Positions 28,596 through 38,569 of a DNA stretch of 64,000 nucleotides are shown here, one piece after another. The stretch comes from a bacterium (GTDB lineage Bacteria; Hinthialibacterota; Hinthialibacteria; Hinthialibacterales; Hinthialibacteraceae). The stretch spans positions 288,001 to 352,000 of the forward strand of contig CAXXMV010000006.1 of assembly GCA_963662285.2 (NCBI GenBank), read 5' to 3'. The notes under the pieces are model-generated. The model had not been told where the DNA came from. It did not search any database and worked only from the letters and a program-made list of their open reading frames with translations. Every line of letters begins with the position of its first letter. The stretch's first letter is position 1. A program made the translations under genes and the position numbers.

Positions 28596-29293
28596 ATCCA
28601 GAACTGACCATTAACGGAGGAGAAATAAACAGAAAACGAGTAGGTCCTTTTGGTCCAGCAAGCGCATTGCTGCCATATAACCAAGAACCACTGATCCTAA
28701 ATGAATTAACTCCATCTAGCGATACGCTTGAGCTTATGATCGATAACCGTTATTCGCAAATCCCCGTTAAGAATGATGAAGGCACTATAACAGGTGTTTT
28801 TACTTGGCAATCATTTGGGAAGCGTGTTGCCGATCTTCAAGCAATCAAAATAAAACCAACAGATCTACCGATCCGCGATGCAATGGAACCAGCAAACTTC
28901 ATCGATCCTGATGTTTATATCGATACGGAAACGGATTGGGGAAATCTTGATTATGTTCTTGTTGGAACAGCAGATGATCTTATCGGAATACTATGCATTT
29001 CCGATGTTCTTGGAAGACTGAATGATTTCGCCGAAGCCTTTGTTCTTTTATATGAGTTAGAACATGAAATTCGCGACTTGATACGGGATGTGTACAACGA
29101 TAACGAGTTGAGCGACGTATTAGAATCGTTAACCGAATCCGTAAATCGAGATGCAATAGAAATTGAAAAAGATCTACGAAAACTAATTGAAGAAGGACAA
29201 AAAAATAAGGCCATTGGAAAAGCCATAAAAGTTTTACGTAAATACAAGCGGGAAAACTCCAGAAACCACCATGAATGCCCAGTTGGTCACTGA
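28592..29293 (+). CDS. CBS-domain protein, probably 3'-truncated by a deletion
   Basis: LELMIDNRYSQIPV...ITGVFTW and VLVG...IGILCISD CBS pair; last codons read Mrr-gene DNA out of frame. Confidence 0.6.
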   Translation: MNPELTINGGEINRKRVGPFGPASALLPYNQEPLILNELTPSSDTLELMIDNRYSQIPVKNDEGTITGVFTWQSFGKRVADLQAIKIKPTDLPIRDAMEPANFIDPDVYIDTETDWGNLDYVLVGTADDLIGILCISDVLGRLNDFAEAFVLLYELEHEIRDLIRDVYNDNELSDVLESLTESVNRDAIEIEKDLRKLIEEGQKNKAIGKAIKVLRKYKRENSRNHHECPVGH

Positions 29294-29858
29294 GATCAAA
29301 CGGGCCAAAGCTAGTGGTGACCCAGGACGTTTTATACGTTTATCTCCCGGTTTTTATGGCCTTATAAAATGGATAGGTACAGGACTTCCATATCAGATAT
29401 CAAATCATAATCGTGAGGTACGTAAAAAACTAATCTCTCAACTTATGGCATTAAATCCATCTAAGTTTGAAGAGATTATCGGGCAGTTATTGGCTGAAAT
29501 GGGCTTTGAAAGCATTGAGGTAACCAAATACGGCGGCAATGGCGGTATTGATGTTCGTGGTACTTTGCAGATCGGTGATGTTATCCGTATAAAAATGGCA
29601 GTTCAGGTAAAACGATGGAAAAATAATATTCAGAGTCCAACTGTTCAGCAGGTTCGTGGTAGTCTTGGTGCACACGAGCAAGGTTTGATTATTACCACGA
29701 GCAAATTCAGTTCAGGCGCCGTCAAGGAAGCTAATCAATCAGACAAAACTCCAGTAGCACTCATGAATGGAGATCAGCTGGTTACCCTCCTAATGGAATA
29801 CTGTATCGGTGTAAAACGTATGACTCATGATTTATTTGAACTTGATAATGGTTTTTGA
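29241..29858 (+). CDS. mrr: Mrr-family restriction endonuclease with 5'-truncated HARE-HTH domain (possible pseudogene)
   Basis: FEEIIGQLLAEMGF, GGIDV, VQVKRW, GLIITTSKF, LMNGDQL; upstream in frame NTSGKTPETTMNAQL (HARE-HTH), then a stop at 29226-29228. Confidence 0.75.
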   Translation, partial: NTSGKTPETTMNAQLVTEIKRAKASGDPGRFIRLSPGFYGLIKWIGTGLPYQISNHNREVRKKLISQLMALNPSKFEEIIGQLLAEMGFESIEVTKYGGNGGIDVRGTLQIGDVIRIKMAVQVKRWKNNIQSPTVQQVRGSLGAHEQGLIITTSKFSSGAVKEANQSDKTPVALMNGDQLVTLLMEYCIGVKRMTHDLFELDNGF

Positions 29859-30025
29859 CATACTAAAGCGTAAGAATAAATTGAGATTTAATCAAACTAT
29901 ATCTGATCCGGTCAGTTCTCTGCATATTCCAATGAAATCCTTATATTCGTTCTCGATAATCCAATCGTTCGTTCTCACCATTTCAGTGATAGTTCATCCA
30001 AAAAGTGAACAGATGGACAAAAAAA

Positions 30026-30075
30026 AGGGCTATCCACTGCGAATAGCCCTAAAAAACGAACGGCGTTCGTTTTTT
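30026..30075. terminator. Two tandem hairpins between convergent operons (bidirectional terminator)
   Basis: AGGGCTAT/ATAGCCCT preceded by an A-run; AAAAAACGAAC/GTTCGTTTTTT. Confidence 0.7.
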
Positions 30076-30859
30076 GATCAAGCAACAACCTTAGTTTTCG
30101 TTTTGGAATTGAGACGTTCTTGAAGAAGATAGTTATAGTATAAATTTACAATTTGAGCGTTACTTTCATTATTGACAATATCTTTTTTCTCAAACTGAAA
30201 AGTATCCTTCAAGAATTTTTCTAATTCCGTCTTAAACTCAAAGTTACTAAATTGAATCAGTTTTTCGTCTGGGTCATCTCTTTTACCCAAATTAACTACA
30301 TGTTTTTTTTCTTGATGCCAAAATAAAATGTTCCCATATTTCGCAGAATGAGAAAATCCGGCTGAATCGGCTGAATCGGGTTGGCAATCATTAAGCAGTT
30401 CTTCATCTAACGTTCCAAATAAGTGAATTTTAACATTTGGGTATTCTGTTCGCGATTTTTCACAAATCTCCTTCATCGCTTTCACATTGGATCCAATTGC
30501 TACGTATTCATACCCTTTGTCCGCATATATCTTGAATTCTTCATAGGATTTATCGAAACTGTGAAGAACTGGGATCAACTTTTTACCAGAATTTTCAACA
30601 ATTTTTTCAATAAAGCGAAGATTTTTCTGGTTATGCTCTGTATCCTCGAAGTCGTCATCCAAATTGAAATAGTGATCAAACTTGCTTCCAAATAGTTTTA
30701 AGTATTGAGCATATTCACCAACTTTCACACGGCATTTATTCTGATTGACTGAATATGCTCCAGAATCAAGGTACAGTTCATTCATCATTTTTCGATAATC
30801 ATCAACTAACTTCGATGCATTCCCCTTCAAGTACGGATACGAGATCAAATAATTCATTT

Positions 30860-32452
30860 GTAACAGGTCAGCCGTATGAAGTAAATATTGGATATTTTGC
30901 TTCTTTCAGTAAGAGAGAGAGGCGAATTCAGAAATAAATTACACTGACCGTTACTTCCATAGGGTCTCAGAAGTTAGTTAAATATGGAAGTGACACGAAA
31001 CGATACAGCCCATCAAATCATCCTCGAGCTGCTGAGTTTAGGAACAGCACTCCCGGAGGAAAAAGCGAGATCACTCGCGAAAAAGCTTTTAGCCGAGGGC
31101 GAAGAAGCAGTAACATTTCTTTTGCTCGAAATCGCGATGCGAGTGAAGGAAACCAAACCGTCCCCTTCGACTCCCTCCGGAATGATTCCTCCTTACGAAA
31201 AAGAATCTCCCAAAACGAATAAGAAAAAGAGGAAGAAGAAACCTGGTGGTAAACCCGGTCATCGAGGCTCACACCGTTCCCTACCCGAAAAGATCGACCA
31301 CCAGAAAGCGCATCGGCTGGATCGGTGTCCCGATTGCGGTGGCTCTCTCCAGCGATGCGACGGCGAGCAGAGTACCCGCTCGCGCTTCATCGAAGACATC
31401 CCCGACAACATACAACCAGAAGTGACGGAACATATCATTCATCGGGATTATTGTCCTCACTGCCGGAAACACGTTGAACCCAAAATCGAGACCGCCTTGC
31501 CAAGGGCGGCTATCGGCAATAGATTACTATGCCTGACGGCCTATTGGCATTACGCTTTGGGAATGACGATTTCACAAATTCTGGACACCCTCAATTTCCA
31601 CTTACATTTCAAGTTGAGCAAAGGAGGTTTAATTCAAAAATGGCATCAACTCCGCCTCATCTTGTTGATCTGGTATGAAATCTTGGCCGAAGAGATTCAA
31701 AACTCGGCCGTGTTACATGCCGATGAAACCGGCTGGCGGGTGGATGGGAAAACGCATTGGCTGTGGTGTTTCACCAACGATCACACGACATTTTACATGG
31801 TGGATCACAGCCGGGGCAGTCCGGCCCTGAAACGATTTTTCAAGGAGGCGTTCGACGGAATTTTGGTCACCGATTTTTGGGCGGCTTACGACGCAATTGC
31901 GTGCGGAGAACGACAGTTCTGTTTGGTGCATCTCCTTCGCGAATTGGAAAAGGTTAACGTTCGCAATTCATCGGAGGCGTGGAAGGCGTTTTCCAAAAAG
32001 ACGAAACGGATGATTCAAGACGCGCTTCGGCTTCGTGCGCGAGAGGATTACACTCCGAAGAAATATACCTCTCGCATTGACCGGCTTTATGAACGGTTGC
32101 TGGATTTGGCTTTGGCTTCCTATTCGGATAAAGACGCGCGCCGTTTGGCAAAACGCTTGGAAAAGTATCGTGATGAGTTATTCACCTTCTTAACCCACCC
32201 GAATGTTCCGAGTGACAACAACCATGCGGAACGGGAAATCCGCACTGCCGTTCTTATGCGAAAAATTATCTATGGGAATCGAAGCGCCAACGGCGCATTA
32301 ACTCAATCGGTCTTGATGACCGTGTTTCGCACACTCAAACGGCGAGGATACAATCCTATCAGTACACTCGTATCCGCTCTCAGTGATTACATTCGAACCG
32401 GAAAATTACCTCCATTCCCTCCTGTTATCACTTCAAATGGCTGACCTGTTAC
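30860..32452 (+). mobile_element. Single-ORF IS66-family element (ISBst12-like) with 14-bp TIR and 8-bp TSD ATTCATTT
   Basis: GTAACAGGTCAGCC at 30860 and GGCTGACCTGTTAC ending at 32452; ATTCATTT at 30852-30859 and 32453-32460. Confidence 0.95.
30984..32444 (+). CDS. IS66-family transposase
   Basis: KPGGKPGHRG, CPDCGG, HADETGW, LVTDFWAAY, QFCLVHLLR, DNNHAEREIR. Confidence 0.95.
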   Translation: MEVTRNDTAHQIILELLSLGTALPEEKARSLAKKLLAEGEEAVTFLLLEIAMRVKETKPSPSTPSGMIPPYEKESPKTNKKKRKKKPGGKPGHRGSHRSLPEKIDHQKAHRLDRCPDCGGSLQRCDGEQSTRSRFIEDIPDNIQPEVTEHIIHRDYCPHCRKHVEPKIETALPRAAIGNRLLCLTAYWHYALGMTISQILDTLNFHLHFKLSKGGLIQKWHQLRLILLIWYEILAEEIQNSAVLHADETGWRVDGKTHWLWCFTNDHTTFYMVDHSRGSPALKRFFKEAFDGILVTDFWAAYDAIACGERQFCLVHLLRELEKVNVRNSSEAWKAFSKKTKRMIQDALRLRAREDYTPKKYTSRIDRLYERLLDLALASYSDKDARRLAKRLEKYRDELFTFLTHPNVPSDNNHAEREIRTAVLMRKIIYGNRSANGALTQSVLMTVFRTLKRRGYNPISTLVSALSDYIRTGKLPPFPPVITSNG

Positions 32453-32540
32453 ATTCATTTTAATCTTTGTTTTATCGTAGAACTTTTGTACAATCTCTGC
32501 GTTGTGGATTGCGCTAAACACTTTCATATCAAATATCCTT

Positions 32541-33581
32541 TCAATTTGATTCCAAAATACTTATTAATTGGGTCAGTTTACTTCGAACTTTTTTTACATG
32601 TTCAAGTGTTACATTGCTTTTCAAATTGTTTTGAATCGAAATATCTTTCATATCTATTTTGCTGAACTTATTCAACAAATTAATGACTACCGATTCAACA
32701 CTTAAATGCTTTTTGTTTTTTTTACTTTGCAATATCGTCATCTTATCCATGACATATTTTTGAAAAAGTTTTGGTTTATTTCGTTTACCCTTTAACAACT
32801 CTGACAATCGAGCAATGTCCTTTTTCCTAATTGATCCTTTGGTAAAGTATGCTAACATTTTGGCATATTCAAATTCAACAAATTTCATTCCAATTGCATG
32901 AAACCGTTCTACTGTAATAATTGCATCAATGTGGACTTTTGTCAGATACCCTTCGTCATCATCAATTGAATCTTTCGCTGTATCAGGGAAAGGATACTTT
33001 TTGACATATTCATCAATTGATTCATTTTCTTTTTTCAAACGGATAAACTCAAGGAGTCGAGTTTTTCCTAGACTCGCATTATTTTTCGCAAATTCTCCGA
33101 TTTTTGCAATCTGTTTAGCTTGTTGAAAATACCGTTCTTTTTCAATTCCAAAATTATCACGTTCCCACTTCTTATACACAGACTTTTCATCCAAATAATC
33201 TTCTACCTTGTTTAATATAGTCCCAATTTTAATGAGAAATATAACGATATATTTATCGTTGTGCACCTTCAAATGTTCAATACATCGACAAATTTCAAAA
33301 ACCTGCTTTTGGCCTTCTTTAAGCAGACCTTCTTTATTCTCTTTTTCACACAATTCATTTACTAGTTCTTCATTGTATAATTGGTTAACCTTGATGATTA
33401 TATTTGACGCATAATCTTGGTTATCCATCACGCTTATTTCAGAATGGCTCGTACTATCACATGATAGTGATAAATCAGAATGGCTTTTACTATCACTCGC
33501 TTTTGATGATTTCTGATAGCACTTTTCAATAAACGAATCTTTTTCTTGAACGTCATCATTTGCTAACATTACATCACTCAT
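32541..33581 (-). CDS. Hypothetical protein (DUF3102-like helical region), co-transcribed with the TGT-like gene
   Basis: 346-aa ORF with GGAG RBS; IGTILNKV...YKKWERDNF...ERYFQQAKQIAK; 13 bp from the reconstructed TGT-like start. Confidence 0.6.
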   Translation of the reverse strand: MSDVMLANDDVQEKDSFIEKCYQKSSKASDSKSHSDLSLSCDSTSHSEISVMDNQDYASNIIIKVNQLYNEELVNELCEKENKEGLLKEGQKQVFEICRCIEHLKVHNDKYIVIFLIKIGTILNKVEDYLDEKSVYKKWERDNFGIEKERYFQQAKQIAKIGEFAKNNASLGKTRLLEFIRLKKENESIDEYVKKYPFPDTAKDSIDDDEGYLTKVHIDAIITVERFHAIGMKFVEFEYAKMLAYFTKGSIRKKDIARLSELLKGKRNKPKLFQKYVMDKMTILQSKKNKKHLSVESVVINLLNKFSKIDMKDISIQNNLKSNVTLEHVKKVRSKLTQLISILESN

Positions 33582-33854
33582 ATTTGATCTCCATTTCCAC
33601 TTGTCATCTATAACTCAATAATATTATCAATCGGATAACTTTTTCTTCTACCTAAAAAAATAGAAAATAAATTTTACTGAGTGTTACGTCCGGATAGGTA
33701 TAGAAATTTTTATAGAGTATGAATTGACACCCATGAACCGCGCAGAGTATCCTCCTAGAAATCATGGAAGACGTTCGGAAACTGATAGAAGAGATGGAAA
33801 TAGAAAGCAAATGAGAGGGAGTTGAATTCAGTTCAGGGCGAACTTACTTATTCG

Positions 33855-34475
33855 TTAGGGCCTAATCCAGATAATATCACCTGTACTTTTCAAACCATTA
33901 CTGGCCCGGTAGTAGATGAATCCCTGAATATTGCTCCCAGAGACGTTGTAGTCCAGTTTATGGTTGGGACCGATGCTCCATAGTTCGTAGGAAAAGGGTT
34001 TGCTGGCAAAAGCGCGTGCCACATCTGAAGGATTGTTGGGTACACGTTGGGCTGGATTCATTGCTCCACCTGCGTAAAAAGTCCCATCATTCATGAAAAT
34101 GGTTTCCATATGATACATACCGAACGTCAATCCCCACGCTGTTGGATCGGGTTGGACAACATCCTGGAATAAATCTCGAGGCTGGGATGAGAAATAGGCA
34201 ATGGGCGTTGTTAAATACTTATTCTGCCAGGGTGCATGAACAACACCGGGAAAACCAGCGTGAGGGAAAAACCGTCCATGGTCAATCCGATACATTTCGC
34301 ATGCAGTCACAAAAGATTGCATCTCTCCTTCCGTTTTGGCGATTTTCGCACGAATCTGGGCGTTTAAGAAATTCGGAACCGCAATAGCCGCTAAAATTCC
34401 AATAATGGCAACAACAATCAAGAGTTCGATTAATGTAAATGCGTTTTGTTTATTCTTATCCATGAGAGACTCCAT
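33855..34475 (-). CDS. Prepilin-type N-terminal cleavage/methylation (GspG-like) protein
   Basis: NAFTLIELLIVVAIIGILAAIAVPNFLNAQIRAK, LTTPIAY, WSIGP, SNGL...GDI. Confidence 0.9.
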   Translation of the reverse strand: MESLMDKNKQNAFTLIELLIVVAIIGILAAIAVPNFLNAQIRAKIAKTEGEMQSFVTACEMYRIDHGRFFPHAGFPGVVHAPWQNKYLTTPIAYFSSQPRDLFQDVVQPDPTAWGLTFGMYHMETIFMNDGTFYAGGAMNPAQRVPNNPSDVARAFASKPFSYELWSIGPNHKLDYNVSGSNIQGFIYYRASNGLKSTGDIIWIRP

Positions 34476-34546
34476 TTATTTCTTCTCTTGAATTCGTACT
34501 ACATCGTGTTTTTTTCGGAATTGTTCGATTTTCCAGAGATTGCCTA

Positions 34547-35137
34547 TTATGGGCGATGATTGTATCCACCGCCGGAAGCATTTTTCTCTTCCTTGCTGTT
34601 GGAATGGTAGATAAAACCTTGGGAAGCGAGTCCGTTGCTGATGTCGTAAAAAATCCATTTATCTCCTGGAGCGGGGCCGGGACTTATCATAAACCAGTCG
34701 AATGACATTTTGTAGTCAGCCTTGCGTGTGGGTTTCCCCATTGTGCTAGGGCCGTCATAGGCATCCGTATCATCACACATATAATAGGTATAATCGGGGC
34801 CAGAGGTAATATATAAGCTATGATCCTGTGTCAGTGCATTTTGCCGAAATGGATCTTCCGGGAATGAGTTCAAATATGCAATGGGAGTTGTTAAACGACG
34901 AAATGGGCGCTGAGGATAACTCTCGGCATAATTACTTGGTGGAAAACTGTTTTGATCAAGACGATACATGTCTAAGGTTTTGGCTATGGCGTCCATATCA
35001 CTAAATGATCGTGTTATTTTTGCACGAAGTTGGGCGTTCAGAAAATTCGGAACAGCAATCGCGGCCAGTATTCCAATTATCGCAACGACAATCAGCAGTT
35101 CAATTAAAGTAAAAGCATTTTGGGGCTTCCTTATCAA
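34547..35137 (-). CDS. Prepilin-type N-terminal cleavage/methylation (GspG-like) protein
   Basis: Same N-terminal motif, LTTPIAY, ISPGP, YDISNGL; true start uncertain because upstream codons belong to a kinase remnant. Confidence 0.85.
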   Translation of the reverse strand: MIRKPQNAFTLIELLIVVAIIGILAAIAVPNFLNAQLRAKITRSFSDMDAIAKTLDMYRLDQNSFPPSNYAESYPQRPFRRLTTPIAYLNSFPEDPFRQNALTQDHSLYITSGPDYTYYMCDDTDAYDGPSTMGKPTRKADYKMSFDWFMISPGPAPGDKWIFYDISNGLASQGFIYHSNSKEEKNASGGGYNHRP

Positions 35138-35159
35138 ATTTTTATAAGAAACAGCATCA

Positions 35160-35356
35160 ACTTTTGTTATCGGTAGTTTAATCATAAAAGCCGAGCCTTT
35201 CCCCACTTCACGTTATAAAGAAATCATTCCTACGTGCAGTTCGATGTTTATCGGAAAGAAAAAAGCCAATACAAACGCCGCTATCCACCAGTTTTGTTGT
35301 GAAAAATGAATCAAAAAACCTTTAGAGATTTTGCGTTGGAATGCAAATGCTTTCAT
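35160..35356 (-). pseudogene. Collapsed sensor histidine kinase remnant
   Basis: MKAF...WWIAAFVLAFFFP (signal/TM-like) joined to IELHVGMISL*REVGKGSAFMIKLPI, the C-terminus of a HATPase, with a stop at 35213-35215. Confidence 0.65.
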
Positions 35357-35580
35357 CACGGATTGTTGTAGCGATGCTATCATTTTCTTGATGAGTAGTC
35401 AATTAAAAAAATAATATTTCATAAGAGACATCCCTTTTTCCGCAGAAAAAAACTGTGAATTAGTCGATTCTGATTATAAACAATCAGGAAGATCCAAACG
35501 ACAAATCTCAATGTGAAGAAATTCATTATATATATTTAATACTAATGTTATTGCTAATATGCCCAGAAAGGAGCAAATAT

Positions 35581-35952
35581 ATGCAGAAACTGAAGAAATT
35601 TCGAGTGAAATCGATCAAAAAATGGCTGATTTTACCGATTTTGATTGTATTTTCCTGCTTATTGTCATGCAATCGTGAACCACCCCCGCTCACAATCGAA
35701 TCCACACCCACCCCGCAAATCCACGATCAAACCATCCAAGAAGTCCAAACCACTCTCGCGAATATTCAAGAAACTCAGCAACAACTCATTCAGTCTCAAA
35801 AAAGCATTGATAACATGCAACTTGAAGCAGAACAAATCCGTCAACAATCCGCATTTCTGAAAGGTGCGTGTATATCGGGGACGATTATGGCTTTGGTAGC
35901 CGGTGCGGCGCTGGGTTCGAGAGCACGTAATGCTGCTAAACGAAAGAGGTAA
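35581..35952 (+). CDS. Putative lipoprotein with coiled coil and C-terminal TM
   Basis: AAAGGAG RBS, LLSC lipobox-like motif, Q-rich coil, hydrophobic ALVAGAALG. Confidence 0.6.
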   Translation: MQKLKKFRVKSIKKWLILPILIVFSCLLSCNREPPPLTIESTPTPQIHDQTIQEVQTTLANIQETQQQLIQSQKSIDNMQLEAEQIRQQSAFLKGACISGTIMALVAGAALGSRARNAAKRKR

Positions 35953-36411
35953 TTGCTTATGGTCAAAAATCGAGAGAACAAAAACGATGTAGCCGTCATT
36001 CAATCCAAAGAACTTGCGAAATCCCGCAGCACTGAATTATTACCTACGAAAGTCCTCGACTTAATCCCTCCCGTGTATCCGCTCACTGAACCAATTGTGG
36101 ATCGGCTTATATCAAGACGGCATTGGCTTGAACGATCAACCGAAGTTTTTGCGTATTCCTTCAAATCACTTGAGTACGCATTATCCCCATCAGGACGTCT
36201 TCGCCAGTTTCTCAAATTGAATCTGTTATTGCTCTGCATCATCGGCATCCCGCTGCTCATCTTCCTACCCCTTATCGCATTCGCATTCAATCAGTTTGTT
36301 GATATCACTTATAACTTACAACTGTGCGTCACTCATCTGCTGCAAGCCGCTGTTCCCGTCATGATTCTGGTTTTCGTATTATCGCTGATCGTCATGATGG
36401 TTAAGAGATAA
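35953..36411 (+). CDS. Hypothetical membrane protein
   Basis: Two hydrophobic segments; abuts the previous ORF. Confidence 0.65.
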   Translation: MLMVKNRENKNDVAVIQSKELAKSRSTELLPTKVLDLIPPVYPLTEPIVDRLISRRHWLERSTEVFAYSFKSLEYALSPSGRLRQFLKLNLLLLCIIGIPLLIFLPLIAFAFNQFVDITYNLQLCVTHLLQAAVPVMILVFVLSLIVMMVKR

Positions 36412-36477
36412 CGATTTATTCAGGTCACCCGATCAACAATCATTCAATCAAATACAACTCACAAGAAAGGAATCGAT

Positions 36478-36825
36478 ATGCTGAATCATTGCGTATTAAC
36501 CGGCAATTTAGGCGGCGATCCAGAAATCCGATATACAGCCAATGGAGATCCCGTCGCAACCTTGAACCTGGCGTTTAGGTTTGGAAAGAATGAAACCGGA
36601 TGGATCAAAGTAACATGCTTCAAAAAACTAGCTGAACTCTGTGAAAAGTATCTTCACAAAGGCGCTCGGATTGGAATTGACGGGTATCTGACCCATGAAT
36701 CGTGGGAAACTCAGAACAACGAGAAACGAACCGCAATCAAGATCATTGCCAACTCACTGGAATTCATCAAAACCGACGGGCGTGGTTTCAAGGAAGGTGA
36801 AGACGTCAGTGATCTTCCGTTTTAG
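36478..36825 (+). CDS. ssb: Single-stranded DNA-binding protein
   Basis: MLNHCVLTGNLGGDPEIRYT, YLHKG, acidic DLPF tail. Confidence 0.95.
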   Translation: MLNHCVLTGNLGGDPEIRYTANGDPVATLNLAFRFGKNETGWIKVTCFKKLAELCEKYLHKGARIGIDGYLTHESWETQNNEKRTAIKIIANSLEFIKTDGRGFKEGEDVSDLPF

Positions 36826-36856
36826 TCACGTCAATCAACAGAAAGGAACATAAGCC

Positions 36857-37573
36857 ATGAACCAAGAAGAACTCGAACAACACGATCAATCCAAACCCAA
36901 ACTGGACGAACGTTTCATCATGAATATTAAAAACAAGGAGTTCGTTCAATACGCGGGGCTGTTAGATTTGGCTCATCAACATGGTCTGATTAAACTGGAA
37001 GTCGAGCATCTGCAATTTCCAAACCAAGAAAATAACTATACAGCCATCTGCCGTGCGGTTGCCACTTCCAATAACGGCGCGGTGTTTTCTGATATCGCCG
37101 ATGCTGATCCCAATAATGTCAATAAAATGATTACGCCGCACATACTACGCATGGCCAGCACCCGCGCCAAAGCCAGAGCCTTACGTGATATGTGCAACAT
37201 CGGTATCACCTGTATGGAAGAGTTGGGATCATTGGATGAAGTGATCGACGAAAATAAGCAGTCAAATAGTAACCAAAAATCATCAAATTCAACTCGAAAT
37301 ACCAGCAGCAAGCAGCCGCCCAACAAATCAACAACTCCAGAGAAGAATACAGAACAACCAACTGCTTCAACTCCAAAATCAACCCATGATTCACAACTAG
37401 CGCCGAAACTCTCTGAAGCCCAGCACCGCGCCATTCGCAATCTCAGTAACCGTCGTGGCATCAAAGAAGATGAATTGAATAGTCTGGCCGTTAAGACCTA
37501 TGGCGCTTCGGTCGATCAACTCACATTAAGCGACGCATCATCGTTCATCCGTACCTTGCAACAAACTGCGTGA
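36857..37573 (+). CDS. Putative Rad52/Sak-like single-strand annealing protein
   Basis: FVQYAGLL..AH, AICRA, RMASTRAKARALR; low-complexity linker and small C-terminal helical domain; located between ssb and a nuclease. Confidence 0.55.
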   Translation: MNQEELEQHDQSKPKLDERFIMNIKNKEFVQYAGLLDLAHQHGLIKLEVEHLQFPNQENNYTAICRAVATSNNGAVFSDIADADPNNVNKMITPHILRMASTRAKARALRDMCNIGITCMEELGSLDEVIDENKQSNSNQKSSNSTRNTSSKQPPNKSTTPEKNTEQPTASTPKSTHDSQLAPKLSEAQHRAIRNLSNRRGIKEDELNSLAVKTYGASVDQLTLSDASSFIRTLQQTA

Positions 37574-37682
37574 TTTAACCCAGGCATCAACCGAACAAAC
37601 AAGAAAAAACAAAGGGGACAGGGAACATGGGTTGAAATATCTCTGTCCCTAATTCATTCACTTTCAAAACAAGGAGGTCTGT

Positions 37683-38489
37683 ATGGATATACAAACGCTT
37701 CGCCAACAACCGCATCTATCTGCGTCGTCGATACAAAATTACATTGAATGTGGTCTGCAATACAAATTTGGTAAGATCGACAAGATTCAATCCGAATACA
37801 CATCTGATGCCATGCTGTTTGGATCGTGCATTCACAAGGCATTAGAAAAGTTGCATATCGCCAAAAAAGATAATCGCGAACTCCCAGTGGAAAGGTTACT
37901 CGAACTGTGGGAATCCGAATGGCAAAAGGAAGTAAAAAAGCATCCAGACATCCGGTACAAAGAAGGAGAGAGTTTCGATACTCTTCTGCATCAAGGCCGG
38001 AAACTGCTGACAACCTATTTCAAACAACGCCCCAAGGATTCATTCAAAGTGATCTCTACAGAGAAACCATTCGCTTTTAATCTGGAAGGTGTTCCAATAC
38101 CTATTATCGGCGTTACTGATCTGATCGAAGAAGATTCCGCTGGGAATATTATCATAACCGATTTCAAAACCGCCAGCAAAGCCTATTCCTCTGACGATAT
38201 CGACAAGAGTTTTCAACTGACTGTGTATTACATGGCGGTACGAAAAAATGGATTGGCGAACCGGGAGATACTGCTGAAATTCGATTGTCTGGTCAAAACA
38301 AAAACACCAAAGTTCCAACAGTATTACACCATGCGTACGCCGGAAGATGAGAACCGGGCAGCCCGTAAGATTCAACAAGTCTGGCAAGGCATTGAGAAAG
38401 GCGTGTTTATCCCCAACGATACATCGTGGAAATGCGGATATTGCATGTACAAAGATCATTGTGACAAATGGTTTCAAAAAAGACAGTGA
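37683..38489 (+). CDS. RecB-family PD-(D/E)XK nuclease with Fe-S-type cysteines
   Basis: HLSASSI..Y.ECG, GSCIH, GVTDLI, ITDFKT, QLTVY, CGYCMYKDHC. Confidence 0.9.
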   Translation: MDIQTLRQQPHLSASSIQNYIECGLQYKFGKIDKIQSEYTSDAMLFGSCIHKALEKLHIAKKDNRELPVERLLELWESEWQKEVKKHPDIRYKEGESFDTLLHQGRKLLTTYFKQRPKDSFKVISTEKPFAFNLEGVPIPIIGVTDLIEEDSAGNIIITDFKTASKAYSSDDIDKSFQLTVYYMAVRKNGLANREILLKFDCLVKTKTPKFQQYYTMRTPEDENRAARKIQQVWQGIEKGVFIPNDTSWKCGYCMYKDHCDKWFQKRQ

Positions 38490-38569
38490 AAACGAATTGA
38501 TTTCAGGCCCTCAATCAACAACTACCATGATTGGATTTTCGGACAAATCATAAAGAAGGAGTAATTATC

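Larger units (their letters stand above)
30078..32527 (-). pseudogene. TGT/DpdA-like (tRNA-guanine transglycosylase fold) gene interrupted by IS66
   Basis: YLDSGAYS, FNLD, IPVLH, YVAIG, KIHLFG, DSADS; removing the IS and one TSD joins MKVFSAIHNAEIVQKFYDKTKIK (ATG 32527, AAGGA RBS) in frame to MNYLISYPY (282 aa). Confidence 0.7.

Noticed and set aside
15541-33581. Complete Dpd (7-deazaguanine) restriction cluster, given TGT-like + DUF1998 + SNF2 genes
   Set aside because: No dpdB/C/D/K or que genes; the helicases are coupled to an adenine MTase and the TGT-like gene is in a separate convergent operon
37683-38489. Cas4 / CRISPR adaptation
   Set aside because: No cas1/cas2 and no repeat-spacer array seen in the window; context is a recombination module
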